Positions 54,610 through 64,000 of a stretch of DNA of 64,000 bases are shown piece after piece (within the stretch, counting starts at the first letter, position 1; every line of letters starts with the position of its first letter). The notes beneath the pieces were generated by a model, which worked only from the letters and a program-made list of their open reading frames with translations, made no database searches and was not told the origin of the DNA. Location: the IMG/VR virus record IMGVR_UViG_3300032246_002559; one strand, 5' to 3'. This stretch comes from an uncultured virus (IMG/VR IMGVR_UViG_3300032246_002559). Lineage: Duplodnaviria > Heunggongvirae > Uroviricota > Caudoviricetes. The translations under genes and the position numbers were made by a program.

Positions 54610-56933
54610 ACTATGAACCCAGTGATGCCTGCTACAGATGATGAGTAGTAAGTAGTCGTTCCTGTTCCGGTGGAAATCTCATTCCAAGAACAATAATGAT
54701 AACCAATTGTTGGATAGCCAATATTCGTGCTCGTTCCAGAGACGACAGCGCTGGCTGATCCAGATCTAACAGTTGCCTGACGAAATGTTCCGTTCGGCAT
54801 CGGTGTTGAATCAGTCGTAGTGTCATATCCAACAGCAGCTATGCCGCCCTGATTCGCTGTTGAATTTGACAAAATCACATTGACTGCCAGATGAGCAAAA
54901 GTGTCGGCAATACCTACAACAAAATCGACTTGATTAGTTGTGGTTGCTCGAGCCTGCCTCCACGATGCTGTGCTATAGGTCCACGACGATGTTGAGTCTG
55001 TGCATGCCAACATTCTTGGCATCCTATTGTAATAGTTCCACACAAATCTTGAGGCTATCGAATCTTCAAGATAAGAGTCTAAACCTACATATTTTGCTCG
55101 TATTGTTCCAACGTAGCGTCTGGTAGTATCACCAGATTTAACATATACTCCATCCTGAAGAACTAAAGCTGTTGCACGAGCCGTATCGCTTGTCCAGTTT
55201 GGCCCCAGCTCAAGTGTTGGAACACCAGAATTTGAGTAAATGAAAACATCTTTTGGCCTTTGATTTGTAAGAGTGTTTGCTGGCACAGAGACAGACAATT
55301 GAGAAAACAAAAAAGGAACCCAAGCTGTTCCATTATACAAGTCAATTTTGTTTGACACAAATGGCGTGTAGTAGAGCGTGGTTGCTGATGTAACGTCTGC
55401 TGTTGTGACTGGCGTACCAGAAGTAAGGGTTAGACGACCGCCAGGACTATCTATGGCTGAAGCACCGCCATAGTAGGTCCATGTGGGTACTCCAGCCCCA
55501 GAACTGGTCAAGATCTGGCCGCTGGCACCAACCGCAGTTAGAGCGATTGCTGAAGACGACGAGTACGCCACGGCACCATTGGCCGCAGTCAGAGACGCAT
55601 TGGTCCCCCCCTTGTTGAGGGCAATATTGTCGGCAGACCAGGTTCCTGCTGTTACTGTGCCTAGCGATGTGATCGAATTCCAGGCCAGCGCTCCCGAACC
55701 ATTAGTGTTTAAGTATTGGCCGCTGCTTCCGTCTGCAGAAGGCAGAGTCCATATTTTGTTAGATGCGATTGAGTCCGGAGCCTTAAATCCAACATAGTTA
55801 ACTCCGTTAGTCGCAAGTTCTAAAAAACGCAGCTCATTGGTATTGCCTGTGCCCGAGGTGCGCGGGGCGAGGGCAAGTGTTCCGCTTGCGTCGAGATAGG
55901 CCAGGGCGTCGCCTGAGCTATTTTGCCACTCATGAAGATTCGCAGATTGAGAGGCTGCGCCTTTAACGACTAGTGCTTTGTCTGTCGCCGCCTGAGCACT
56001 ACTTGTCAGAATTGTTCCAGAGGCAGCATAAGCCAGACCAGATGCTCCTGCCAAATAGTTATTGTTGTTGTATTGGAGCAATCCCGAGCTTCCGCGAGGG
56101 AGTATCGCCTCCCAACCGGTGCCATTGTAGCGCCACATCCTATTGCTATATGTGTATGTTTGTCCAGAAGTAGGCACCGAAGGGAATGTGACTGCCGTCG
56201 GCGCAGCCGTCGTGGTCGGCGCAGCCGTCGTGGTCGGCGCAGCCGTCGTGGTCGGCGCAGCCGTCGTAGTTGTCGGCGCAGCCGTCGTAGTCGTCCCGCC
56301 ACCGCTATCAGATTGAGTTCCCGAGCCACTGTTGTAAAGGAATGTGACTTCTGTGGAATCAATTGCTGTATCATAGACTCTAAGATCATCTATGGCATAA
56401 CCGCCGCCGCTCGCTTCGGTAACTATCTCAAAACGAGTGCTAGAATTATAAGTTGCAGAGTTTGGTGTAAAATTAGTGCCGTATTGGGTGGGTACGGATC
56501 CGTTGCGATAAATAGTCCAAGTGGTTCCGCTCCAGATAAAAGCAAGGTGGTGCCAAGAAACATTATCAAAAGCACTGTAAACAGTTTTTGTGGTAAAAGA
56601 GGGTGTGGTTTGCTGCACGCCAAATTCACTATTTTTTCCATATCCAATAAAAGACAAGCCCGTTGATCCAAGCCTAATAGCTGGGCCACCGTTGCTTCCG
56701 CTATTATACGACTTAATCCAAAAAGCTACAGAAAATGCACCGGACGCTGGAAGTATATTGGCGCTGGTGTATGCGTTAACAGGGTCCATGAAATTGTAGC
56801 CAGCGGTCAGATAGCACTGATTAACCACGCCTCCACTAGCAATTGAACCATAGACGTTGGTAAAGTTGGACGATCCTGTGGCGTCGTTGTACGTTCCCGC
56901 AGTATCAAACAAATAATGATGTGTTTGTGCCAT
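54603..56933 (-). CDS. Tail fibre with N-terminal LamG/ConA-like lectin domain and Thr-rich linker
   Basis: FSVAFWIK..WHHLAFIW..IYRNG..IDDLRVYD..LYN; (TTTAAP)n; fibre modules TLPSADG, IALNKGGT, GGRLTLTSGTPV. Confidence 0.78.
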   Translation of the reverse strand: MAQTHHYLFDTAGTYNDATGSSNFTNVYGSIASGGVVNQCYLTAGYNFMDPVNAYTSANILPASGAFSVAFWIKSYNSGSNGGPAIRLGSTGLSFIGYGKNSEFGVQQTTPSFTTKTVYSAFDNVSWHHLAFIWSGTTWTIYRNGSVPTQYGTNFTPNSATYNSSTRFEIVTEASGGGYAIDDLRVYDTAIDSTEVTFLYNSGSGTQSDSGGGTTTTAAPTTTTAAPTTTAAPTTTAAPTTTAAPTAVTFPSVPTSGQTYTYSNRMWRYNGTGWEAILPRGSSGLLQYNNNNYLAGASGLAYAASGTILTSSAQAATDKALVVKGAASQSANLHEWQNSSGDALAYLDASGTLALAPRTSGTGNTNELRFLELATNGVNYVGFKAPDSIASNKIWTLPSADGSSGQYLNTNGSGALAWNSITSLGTVTAGTWSADNIALNKGGTNASLTAANGAVAYSSSSAIALTAVGASGQILTSSGAGVPTWTYYGGASAIDSPGGRLTLTSGTPVTTADVTSATTLYYTPFVSNKIDLYNGTAWVPFLFSQLSVSVPANTLTNQRPKDVFIYSNSGVPTLELGPNWTSDTARATALVLQDGVYVKSGDTTRRYVGTIRAKYVGLDSYLEDSIASRFVWNYYNRMPRMLACTDSTSSWTYSTASWRQARATTTNQVDFVVGIADTFAHLAVNVILSNSTANQGGIAAVGYDTTTDSTPMPNGTFRQATVRSGSASAVVSGTSTNIGYPTIGYHYCSWNEISTGTGTTTYYSSSVAGITGFIVC
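56197..56295. repeat. 18-bp tandem repeat encoding TTTAAP
   Basis: gtcggcgcagccgtcgtg x3 perfect plus two longer variant units. Confidence 0.95.
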
Positions 56934-57511
56934 TATACGCCTCCAAATTGACTGTGATTAGCGTCAATAAAATCCGTTGCGTCTTGGATATATGGCACAT
57001 TTAACTTGGTACAAAGCATACGCACCGTTTGCTCTGTATTTCCCAGTAACTCACTAAAGTCAACTATAATCTTCTTGTCTTCCCACGCATCGTAAACTGC
57101 TTGAGTTTTGATATATAAATTGTATATGTCTTGTGCGGCTGTTTGAAGGCCGCTCGTGGATGTGTAGCTGGCAATTGAGTTTTCAATCGGTCTGTGCGCC
57201 CACACCAGCCATGATTCTCGGTCTGTCGGAAAATTAGCTATGTATTCCTGAATGTTGTTGTTCGCGTACAAATTGTGATGCTTAGTACACCACCTATCAT
57301 TTACGCCCTTAAGGGCAAAATATTCTTGCCAATTAATAATGAAGCCGCCACCGAGATATGAGTCTCTGTACGAACCCGTGGGATTAAAAGCCAAATTGTC
57401 AAGTTGTAGGTCTATAGCGTTTGATTCAAAGCCTAGGCGATGTAAGACACCAGTTGTTGCACTAGTGCCTGACCGATAGGTTCCTAAAATGAGAATGCCC
57501 TTCTTATCCAT
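56933..57511 (-). CDS. Sulfotransferase-family P-loop protein
   Basis: ILGTYRSGTSA (PAPS 5'-binding loop), K.H, HRP..SIASY (3'-binding), VDFSELL...VRMLC..L. Confidence 0.72.
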   Translation of the reverse strand: MDKKGILILGTYRSGTSATTGVLHRLGFESNAIDLQLDNLAFNPTGSYRDSYLGGGFIINWQEYFALKGVNDRWCTKHHNLYANNNIQEYIANFPTDRESWLVWAHRPIENSIASYTSTSGLQTAAQDIYNLYIKTQAVYDAWEDKKIIVDFSELLGNTEQTVRMLCTKLNVPYIQDATDFIDANHSQFGGV

Positions 57512-57523
57512 AATATCTCCTCC

Positions 57524-60061
57524 TTACATTTCTAACCACTGAGTCCCGTCGTATGTGTAAAGGATTCCTAGACTGGTGTTCCACCACCGGGATCCAGCGG
57601 TTGGCGAAGAGGGTGCGGTGGTCGACGAGGTGAAGTAGGTGCCGCCTGCGGCGGCCCAGGTGGGGGCGGAGCCGTTACTAGTAAGAACTTGACCAGAACT
57701 ACCAACTCCCAGCTTAGTCAGAGCTGTCGTTCCTGAAGCATAAAGGAGATCTCCGGCCGTATATGCTGTCTGCCCCGTACCACCCTTGTTTGCTGCGATG
57801 GCAGTCGCTGACCAAGTTCCTGTCGCAATTGTCCCTAGGGTCGTAATGCTTGATGTGCCTGCCCATGTGGAAAGGGCGGTGTTTTCGACGTTGCCTAGCC
57901 CGACGTCGGAGTTTGATACTGTAGACCATGAGGGGGCGGCGGAGACACTGCCCGTTCCAGTTTGACTGAGGAAGTTCTTGGTCGCAGTGGTGTTGCCCGC
58001 CAGACGAGTAGCGGCATTGGTGCCACTGCCATAGACTAAATCACCCAAAGAGGTAATTGGCGTCAGCGCGTTGTATGCGGAAGCGGCTGTGGTCTGACCA
58101 GTGCCTCCGTAGGCAATGCCGATAGTTGTGGCATTCCATGTACCTGATGTAACTGTACCCAAGGACGTGATCGTGGGTAGATCGGAAGCAACCAAAGATC
58201 GGAAAGCTGGAGTTGTGGCTGCGCCGCCGGATGGACCCGCAAATACAAGATTTGCGTTTTGATTCGCTAGGGTTCCGGTCAGGGTGCCAGAAGACTGTAC
58301 TGGTGAGCCAGAAACAGAAAAAATGTTAGGGAGAGACAGTCCGACACTTGTGACTGTTCCAGACCCACCAGAGGAAACGGTTGACCAAGAAAGCGTTCCA
58401 GATCCGTTGGTGGTTAAGACCTGATTGTTAGATCCATCCGTAGTAGGATAAATGTAAGGATATGTCTCGCCGTGAACGCGCCACTTTGTCGAAGTTGCGT
58501 CGTATGTAGCCAGCACAATTCTGTTAGGCCCTAGGACTAGGTCGCCCGCTGTCGGAGTGATCAGTTGGTTGGCCGCCGTGCTGGTGACGCTGTGCTTGAG
58601 GGTTAAATTTGCCGTTCCAACATTGTGTAGCCATATGACTCTGCCGTCGACATGCGCACCGCTTGTTGTCGGCGCTATTCCTGTGATATTGGAGGCAGAG
58701 GTACAATTGATCCTTTGGAAAGCTGATCCTGACAGAACGATATCGTTTTGGTTGGTCGAGACAGAGGTTGTCCCATTACCATAAGACAATGAGCCAAAGC
58801 CAGACTGACCGTCCGTCACCTTGACGACGCCCCTTGTAGCGTAACCAAATCCCGCGTCGCCATTGGAGTTTGTTGCCCCGGCGAAGCTCCAGTTGATCGT
58901 GGCCGTATTGGACATCCTGATTCTTGAGCTGGTAGTCATGTCCGTGGGGAGCACGAACCCAGAGCCAGTACCATCTTCAAAACTATAGGTTCTGTCGCGA
59001 ACGACGAGCCTGATTTTGACGCTTGACGCGCCACCGCCACTCAGGTCGTAAGTGGTGCCAGAAGCTGTAACTTTTAATTCGTTGGTGCCTGCTGTGCCAC
59101 CTGGAGCACGAATAATGACGGAGCCATCACCACCCGTCGTCACCTGCTGTCCGGCCTGGAGGATAACGGAACCCCCAGCGCCGCTAGTGAACCCATTCGT
59201 GGCCTTAATCGTGATGTCGTTCCCGGCACCACTTGTTGTTCTCTGGAAAGGAATTATCGTTGCCGCACTACTTGAGCCTATTAGTTGCGTAGCACCATAC
59301 AGGTGAGTCTGGGTCGTGCTAGTGTTACCAATAACAGTTGTGTTTGAGCCTTCGCCTTGAGCTGATCCGCCAATTACAATGCTGTTTGAATCGCTGACAG
59401 TTGAAGCCCTTGTTGAATATCCAAGAAAAACACAATCAGCAATTGCGTTTACATTATCTGAGGCTGCTGTGAAAGCACCAGCGCTGCGCCCCACAACAAC
59501 ATTATTTGATCCGTCCTGTAGAGATGTGGCAGCTTGAAATCCGATCAATGTATTATTATTCGATGTGCTGACACTAGATCCTGCATCTGCTCCTACGACA
59601 GTATGACCAAAGCCAGTTGAACATTGATTCAATGCACTTTTGCCGACGCCCGTATTAGAATCGCCAGTCGTCATGTTTGATCCGGCACTGCTCCCGATCA
59701 AAGTATTGCTAGACGATGTGACTTTTTGTCCAGCCAAATAACCAACTAAAGTATTTCTAACCTGGGTAGTGATAAAAGCACCAGCAGAGTTTCCAATCGC
59801 AGTGTTTTGTCCGCCACTTGTGACTGCGTTCAACGCAGACACGCCCACCGCAGTATTAGTCGCCACTCCGCTGGCGCCGCGACCAACTGTCAATGTGTCA
59901 ATAACAACCTTACCTGGACCACCAGTAACCGCTTGCGCTCCAGGCGTAATTGTGATATTTCCACCAGCACCAGATGTATTGCCAGATCCGGCATTAATCG
60001 TTAGGTCATCGCCAGCCCCAGATACTTGCTTATCCTGGACGCCGATAATTTTAGTAGCCAT
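57524..60061 (-). CDS. Tail fibre / adhesin with YadA-head-like beta-roll repeats
   Basis: NTAVGVSAL, NTAIG, NTLVG 14-aa repeats; IAYGGTG fibre repeats; C-terminal TAPSSPTAG.RWWN..YDGTQW. Confidence 0.75.
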   Translation of the reverse strand: MATKIIGVQDKQVSGAGDDLTINAGSGNTSGAGGNITITPGAQAVTGGPGKVVIDTLTVGRGASGVATNTAVGVSALNAVTSGGQNTAIGNSAGAFITTQVRNTLVGYLAGQKVTSSSNTLIGSSAGSNMTTGDSNTGVGKSALNQCSTGFGHTVVGADAGSSVSTSNNNTLIGFQAATSLQDGSNNVVVGRSAGAFTAASDNVNAIADCVFLGYSTRASTVSDSNSIVIGGSAQGEGSNTTVIGNTSTTQTHLYGATQLIGSSSAATIIPFQRTTSGAGNDITIKATNGFTSGAGGSVILQAGQQVTTGGDGSVIIRAPGGTAGTNELKVTASGTTYDLSGGGASSVKIRLVVRDRTYSFEDGTGSGFVLPTDMTTSSRIRMSNTATINWSFAGATNSNGDAGFGYATRGVVKVTDGQSGFGSLSYGNGTTSVSTNQNDIVLSGSAFQRINCTSASNITGIAPTTSGAHVDGRVIWLHNVGTANLTLKHSVTSTAANQLITPTAGDLVLGPNRIVLATYDATSTKWRVHGETYPYIYPTTDGSNNQVLTTNGSGTLSWSTVSSGGSGTVTSVGLSLPNIFSVSGSPVQSSGTLTGTLANQNANLVFAGPSGGAATTPAFRSLVASDLPTITSLGTVTSGTWNATTIGIAYGGTGQTTAASAYNALTPITSLGDLVYGSGTNAATRLAGNTTATKNFLSQTGTGSVSAAPSWSTVSNSDVGLGNVENTALSTWAGTSSITTLGTIATGTWSATAIAANKGGTGQTAYTAGDLLYASGTTALTKLGVGSSGQVLTSNGSAPTWAAAGGTYFTSSTTAPSSPTAGSRWWNTSLGILYTYDGTQWLEM

Positions 60062-60078
60062 TTAATAGCTTTTCCTAA

Positions 60079-61998
60079 TTAGAATTGGTTTCCTGTTGCC
60101 CCGGCACGAATCAAGGAGACCTTGGCTTGCCATAAGATAGTTTTGCTTGCCTCGCCAGTACATGTGATTTTTAGCGAGTTATTTGTGGCATCTGCTACTG
60201 CCGTGACAGTCCACGCTGCTGCTCCTGTGTCTCTAGTCTCAATGTCTTGAGATACAGCCCCTGTCATTGAAGTAGTCCCGCCCGAAGACCTTTTAATAGA
60301 TCCTACTAATTTTACAGTGATAGTATCCCCGACCGTTCCTGACGCACCACCAGTCTGAGTTCCTAAAATGTTGGCTTCAAACCTCCACACCTCGCTGGCA
60401 ACCAGCGTCATGCGGGTGGTTGAGCCGTCGACAAATAGTTCTGTAGCAGTTCCGTTAGATGTAGTATTATATACAAAAACATCAGTGTAGCGACCATTGG
60501 TAGGAGTAAGATATGTATCAATCTGGCGGACTGGTGTTCCAGACGAACCAAATACTAGATAGTTATTTGCGCTAGCAGTAATAGTGGTTACTAGAATTCC
60601 ACCAGAAAAGGTTTTCGCTCCAGATACAGTTTGAGCGCCAGACAAGGCAACATAGGTTGAAGATAAGTCAGGGATGTCACCTGAAGCTAGGGATGCGTAA
60701 GACAGGGTTGTCCCATTCCCCTTAAGGAAGCCTGTTCCGATAGAACTTAGACCAGTACCACCGTTAGCTCCAGCAAGAGTGCCAGTCACAGCAGAAGACT
60801 GAGAGATGTCGATTGCGCCAAACGCTGGCGCTCCTCCGCCCGAAGCAATTCGCAAAACTTGATAGGCTGTGCCAGCCGATGTTGCCGATATTGCAGAAGT
60901 ACCATTGCCCAAAAGAACGCCAGCAGAAGTCAACGTGGTGGCGCCCGTACCGCCATTGCCAACGGGCAATGTTCCCGACAAATCTCCGACTGGAATGGAT
61001 GCCGAAGCACTCAATGCGCTAGCACCGTTGCCTTTGAGATAGCCAGTGAGGGTAGAAAAGATAGGCGCGGATGAGAAGGTCTTGGTGCCGCTAATAGTGA
61101 CTGATCCAGACACGGCCACATAGCTGGAAGATAGGTCGGGAATATCTCCAGAGGAAAGAGACGCGTAGCTGAGGACAGTGCCGTTGCCCTTAAGGAATCC
61201 CGTCCCAATAGAACTCAGGCCAGTACCGCCATTCGCTCCAGATACAGGCGTCGACAAGGAAATGGTGTTGCCCGCTTTGCTCAGGCCTGTTCCTGCTAAG
61301 ATTTGACCCGTGCCTGAGAACTGAACCCAAACCAAATCGCTCGTGCCTAATACATAGGTTCCCGCAGGCTTCTGCATCACAAAGCCAGCATTAGCGTCCG
61401 TGCCCTCCTCAACGAAAGCAAAAGCGCCCGCATTTAGCTCGGTTGTTGAGTCAGCATCTGTCGATCGGGTTAGGGCCGAGCCTGAGCCGTTAAAGATGTA
61501 GATGCCGTTCTGCGATACCGTCGTTTGATTCCTGACTAAGACGCGGTCTCCGCTTGTCAGAGTGATACCATCGATGACCGCTGTGCCAGGATTGGAGATT
61601 GTAATATTGGACTGGGTTGCTACTCTGACCGACGCTTTTGGGTCAATCCCAGAAGCTATTGCGTCCACATAAGATTTGGTGGCGGCGTCTTGTGCGCTGG
61701 TTGGGTCTAGCAGCGATGTTATTTTCTGACTGTTAAGAGACACAGATCCGGTAGGAGACGCCATCTGATCCAGTCGACTGGTGCGTACCTGGGTGTCAAA
61801 ATCGGAAATCTTTGATGCTGTCAGGGTGGGGATATCTGCAGCAATAAGAGTGGTAAAACTTAAGACGCCAGAGGCGTCAGTAATCATCAGTTGACGACTG
61901 GTCCCGTCCGCCGAGGGAAGGGTGAAGACCACAGACCCTGTTGCTGGGGCCTTAAGCGTTACTGATCCGGCTGGACTCTTGTCAAAATTAAGTGGCAT
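60079..61998 (-). CDS. Tail fibre protein
   Basis: DPTSAQDAATKSYVD, KASVRVAT..DRVLVRNQT..NGIY module, GANGGTG repeats. Confidence 0.8.
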   Translation of the reverse strand: MPLNFDKSPAGSVTLKAPATGSVVFTLPSADGTSRQLMITDASGVLSFTTLIAADIPTLTASKISDFDTQVRTSRLDQMASPTGSVSLNSQKITSLLDPTSAQDAATKSYVDAIASGIDPKASVRVATQSNITISNPGTAVIDGITLTSGDRVLVRNQTTVSQNGIYIFNGSGSALTRSTDADSTTELNAGAFAFVEEGTDANAGFVMQKPAGTYVLGTSDLVWVQFSGTGQILAGTGLSKAGNTISLSTPVSGANGGTGLSSIGTGFLKGNGTVLSYASLSSGDIPDLSSSYVAVSGSVTISGTKTFSSAPIFSTLTGYLKGNGASALSASASIPVGDLSGTLPVGNGGTGATTLTSAGVLLGNGTSAISATSAGTAYQVLRIASGGGAPAFGAIDISQSSAVTGTLAGANGGTGLSSIGTGFLKGNGTTLSYASLASGDIPDLSSTYVALSGAQTVSGAKTFSGGILVTTITASANNYLVFGSSGTPVRQIDTYLTPTNGRYTDVFVYNTTSNGTATELFVDGSTTRMTLVASEVWRFEANILGTQTGGASGTVGDTITVKLVGSIKRSSGGTTSMTGAVSQDIETRDTGAAAWTVTAVADATNNSLKITCTGEASKTILWQAKVSLIRAGATGNQF

Positions 61999-63553
61999 TC
62001 TGCACCTCTACTGTTTTTACTGCTGCCACCCAACGGATGGTTTTTCCTGTCTGGCCGGTCGCACGCACCGACATGGCGCCGCGAACTACGTCTGATTCGA
62101 CCACAACATCCCAAGGCACAGAAGATCTTGAAACAGTAGTCTTGCTCACTCCACCAATCAGGATGTCGACAGTGCCAGCTCCCGTGTTACGGAAAGCCAC
62201 CCCTTCAAACCTGAAAGCAGCGCGTTCACCAACTACGTCCTCTCTCTGAGCACTAATAAGGATGTCGAAAAGATACGTTGAATTATTCGGAAGAACAATT
62301 TGATTGTGAGAGTTTAGCGCCTGGCCGTCTGTGGTTAGAGGTTCGGTTGTTGCCGAAAGCGTGACCTTAGAAAGGACATACAATCCGCAACGGCCATACG
62401 TCGAACCAGACAGGAACTTCCCCCGGACAAACAGATCACTCCCATTAGTAGATACACCTGAGGCTCCGGCCAAAACTCCAGATGAGGAGTATTGCAATGA
62501 GCCGCTTGGGCCAGCAGCACTATCGACCCCAGATGTACCTCCAGATACACGAAAGTATCCCGAGGTAGCATCGTAGGTCATCTGGGCGGATCTTCCGGGT
62601 GCCACAGCAAGATCTGATCCAATCTGGGTATACAGGCGATTTCCCGAAGAGCTAAGTCCAGAAAGGTGCTTCAGCGTAAGGGTGCCACTACCAACATTAA
62701 AGAGAGAAAGCTGGCGACCATCGATATGTCCAGAACCAGTGGGTGACAAGCCAGTAAGATCGACGGATCCTGAAGGATTGATGCGTAGATGGGAGGCGGA
62801 GCCGACAGCAAGATTGTTGGTGGCAGCAGAAAGGGAGAAGGTAGAGGAGGGCGAGGAGAATGAGCCGCCGCCAGAAGATCCGTCAGTAATCCTCAGAATC
62901 CCCACTCCAGCGCGATCAAGTCCAAGATCTGGACTTCCAGAAAAGGCCCCAGACAGAGTCGTTACCTTGCGAGGCCACAAAAGTTTGGCGTTAACGACAT
63001 CAAAAGCTGAAAAATCGCGCGAATATAAACCATTCTTTGTCGAAGTAATAGTAGCTGATCCACCTATGACTAAGCCATCAAAGATGGCAGGACCGGAAAC
63101 GGTGATAGCTGGTCCAGTTTCTATAGAGTCACCAATGTGGATCGTACAGATTGTACTTGTTCCGCTCTGAAGCAAAAGCGAACGGCCAACTCCGGCCTCA
63201 CCCGCAGATAGGGTTACTTTCTCATCGTCAAAGGCAAAATATGTATCTTCATTGGTGGGGGAGGGATTGCTTGTGACTAGATACACGCGACCCCAGTAGT
63301 CAGAGTAGTCCCCACTAGGACCGCCAGCCTTTTTGCCAGGCGTCAGAAGAATGTGCCCACCGACTCCGGAACTTGTGCGTTGTGGCCCGATAATTGACAG
63401 AGAATTGCCGCCAGTATCAACCGATTGGTCGAGTCCATTCCGCACAAGCTGATAAAGTCTTGATCGACCAGCTATACCATTAGTAATGGTGGAAACAACC
63501 CAATCGTCATTGAGCGGCGTCCTATTATCAAGCTGGTCGATTCTTTTTGGCAT
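61988..63553 (-). CDS. Tail fibre / receptor-binding-like protein
   Basis: KRIDQL N-terminus; shares the HIDGR..NVG..TLKH..YDATS module with 57524-60061 and the C-terminal domain with its neighbours. Confidence 0.7.
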   Translation of the reverse strand: MPKRIDQLDNRTPLNDDWVVSTITNGIAGRSRLYQLVRNGLDQSVDTGGNSLSIIGPQRTSSGVGGHILLTPGKKAGGPSGDYSDYWGRVYLVTSNPSPTNEDTYFAFDDEKVTLSAGEAGVGRSLLLQSGTSTICTIHIGDSIETGPAITVSGPAIFDGLVIGGSATITSTKNGLYSRDFSAFDVVNAKLLWPRKVTTLSGAFSGSPDLGLDRAGVGILRITDGSSGGGSFSSPSSTFSLSAATNNLAVGSASHLRINPSGSVDLTGLSPTGSGHIDGRQLSLFNVGSGTLTLKHLSGLSSSGNRLYTQIGSDLAVAPGRSAQMTYDATSGYFRVSGGTSGVDSAAGPSGSLQYSSSGVLAGASGVSTNGSDLFVRGKFLSGSTYGRCGLYVLSKVTLSATTEPLTTDGQALNSHNQIVLPNNSTYLFDILISAQREDVVGERAAFRFEGVAFRNTGAGTVDILIGGVSKTTVSRSSVPWDVVVESDVVRGAMSVRATGQTGKTIRWVAAVKTVEVQNAT

Positions 63554-63858
63554 CAGAGAACTCCGGCGGCAGTTGCTAGGCGCGTTAGGTTGCTAATGAC
63601 TGCACTCATCGCAGATGCCACGGAAGCGTCTGTTTCAGCCAATAGCCAAACATCTTTGATGTGAAAGTTTCTCCGCTCTTCACCAAAAGCCCATCCTCCA
63701 TCGGGAAGTCTGGCGGCGATCCTGAACCACGCCTCTGCTTCTAGCTTTTGATTAATCCCGTCGCCGCTAAAAACTAATGACTCGACAACCCAAATGTCAT
63801 AAACCATTTCTGAGGTCGCTGGCTTAACTACTGGTACTGAGGCAACGATATCCGCCAT
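63553..63858 (-). CDS. Hypothetical protein (possible fibre chaperone)
   Basis: 101 aa, AAGGAG SD, between fibre genes. Confidence 0.55.
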   Translation of the reverse strand: MADIVASVPVVKPATSEMVYDIWVVESLVFSGDGINQKLEAEAWFRIAARLPDGGWAFGEERRNFHIKDVWLLAETDASVASAMSAVISNLTRLATAAGVL

Positions 63859-63869
63859 AAGAAAACTCC

Positions 63870-64000
63870 TTAACAGGTTACTTCGGTAGTCTTAACAGTT
63901 GCAACCCAACGTATGGTCTTACCATTCTCACCCGTTACGAAAATAGCAAGTCTACCATTGATAACATCTGCAGCAGCCCTAACATCCCAAAATACGCTAG
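63870..64000 (-). CDS. 3' end of another tail fibre gene (truncated by window edge)
   Basis: Translates SVFWDVRAAADVINGRLAIFVTGENGKTIRWVATVKTTEVTC*, paralogous to the C-terminus of 61988-63553. Confidence 0.75.
   Translation of the reverse strand, partial: SVFWDVRAAADVINGRLAIFVTGENGKTIRWVATVKTTEVTC

Noticed and set aside
56197..56295. Tandem repeat as a CRISPR array
   Set aside because: No unique spacers; units abut and encode an in-frame TTTAAP linker
1..64000. Stop-codon reassignment (alternative genetic code)
   Set aside because: Standard code gives near-complete coding density with intact long genes; TAA, TGA and TAG all end genes

Overview
The whole window reads as part of a large dsDNA tailed-phage genome with two convergent arms meeting at about 23,927. 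The + arm (1-23,929) encodes an autonomous bacterial-type replisome: DnaB helicase, DnaG-like primase, a DnaE polymerase split into two genes around a DEDDh exonuclease, and SSB. It also carries dNMP kinase, MazG, PhoH, several PD-(D/E)XK nucleases and a ~10.6 kb glycan-modification cluster (several glycosyltransferases, a nucleotidyltransferase, degenerate methyltransferase and GHMP-kinase homologues, and an Arg/Leu-tRNA-protein transferase-like gene). The - arm (64,000 down to 23,926) is a morphogenesis region: tail fibres, neck/head-tail proteins, a tail tube, probable chaperones, a 4,551-aa tape measure protein with embedded cargo-like domains, tail-tip proteins and a terminal glycosyltransferase. 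The most notable signals are a possible virion glycosylation/sulfation system (sulfotransferase inserted beside a lectin-tipped mucin-like TTTAAP stalk, Ser-Gly-rich virion proteins), the aminoacyl-transferase, the polyvalent tape measure protein, an intein-less split DnaE, an apparent ATT start codon, and a recurring CGGTGTAAWT motif with a strong terminator just before the tape measure gene. I saw no tRNA, rRNA, CRISPR array, integrase, terminase, portal or capsid gene. All calls are from motif recognition by eye; no database searches were run.
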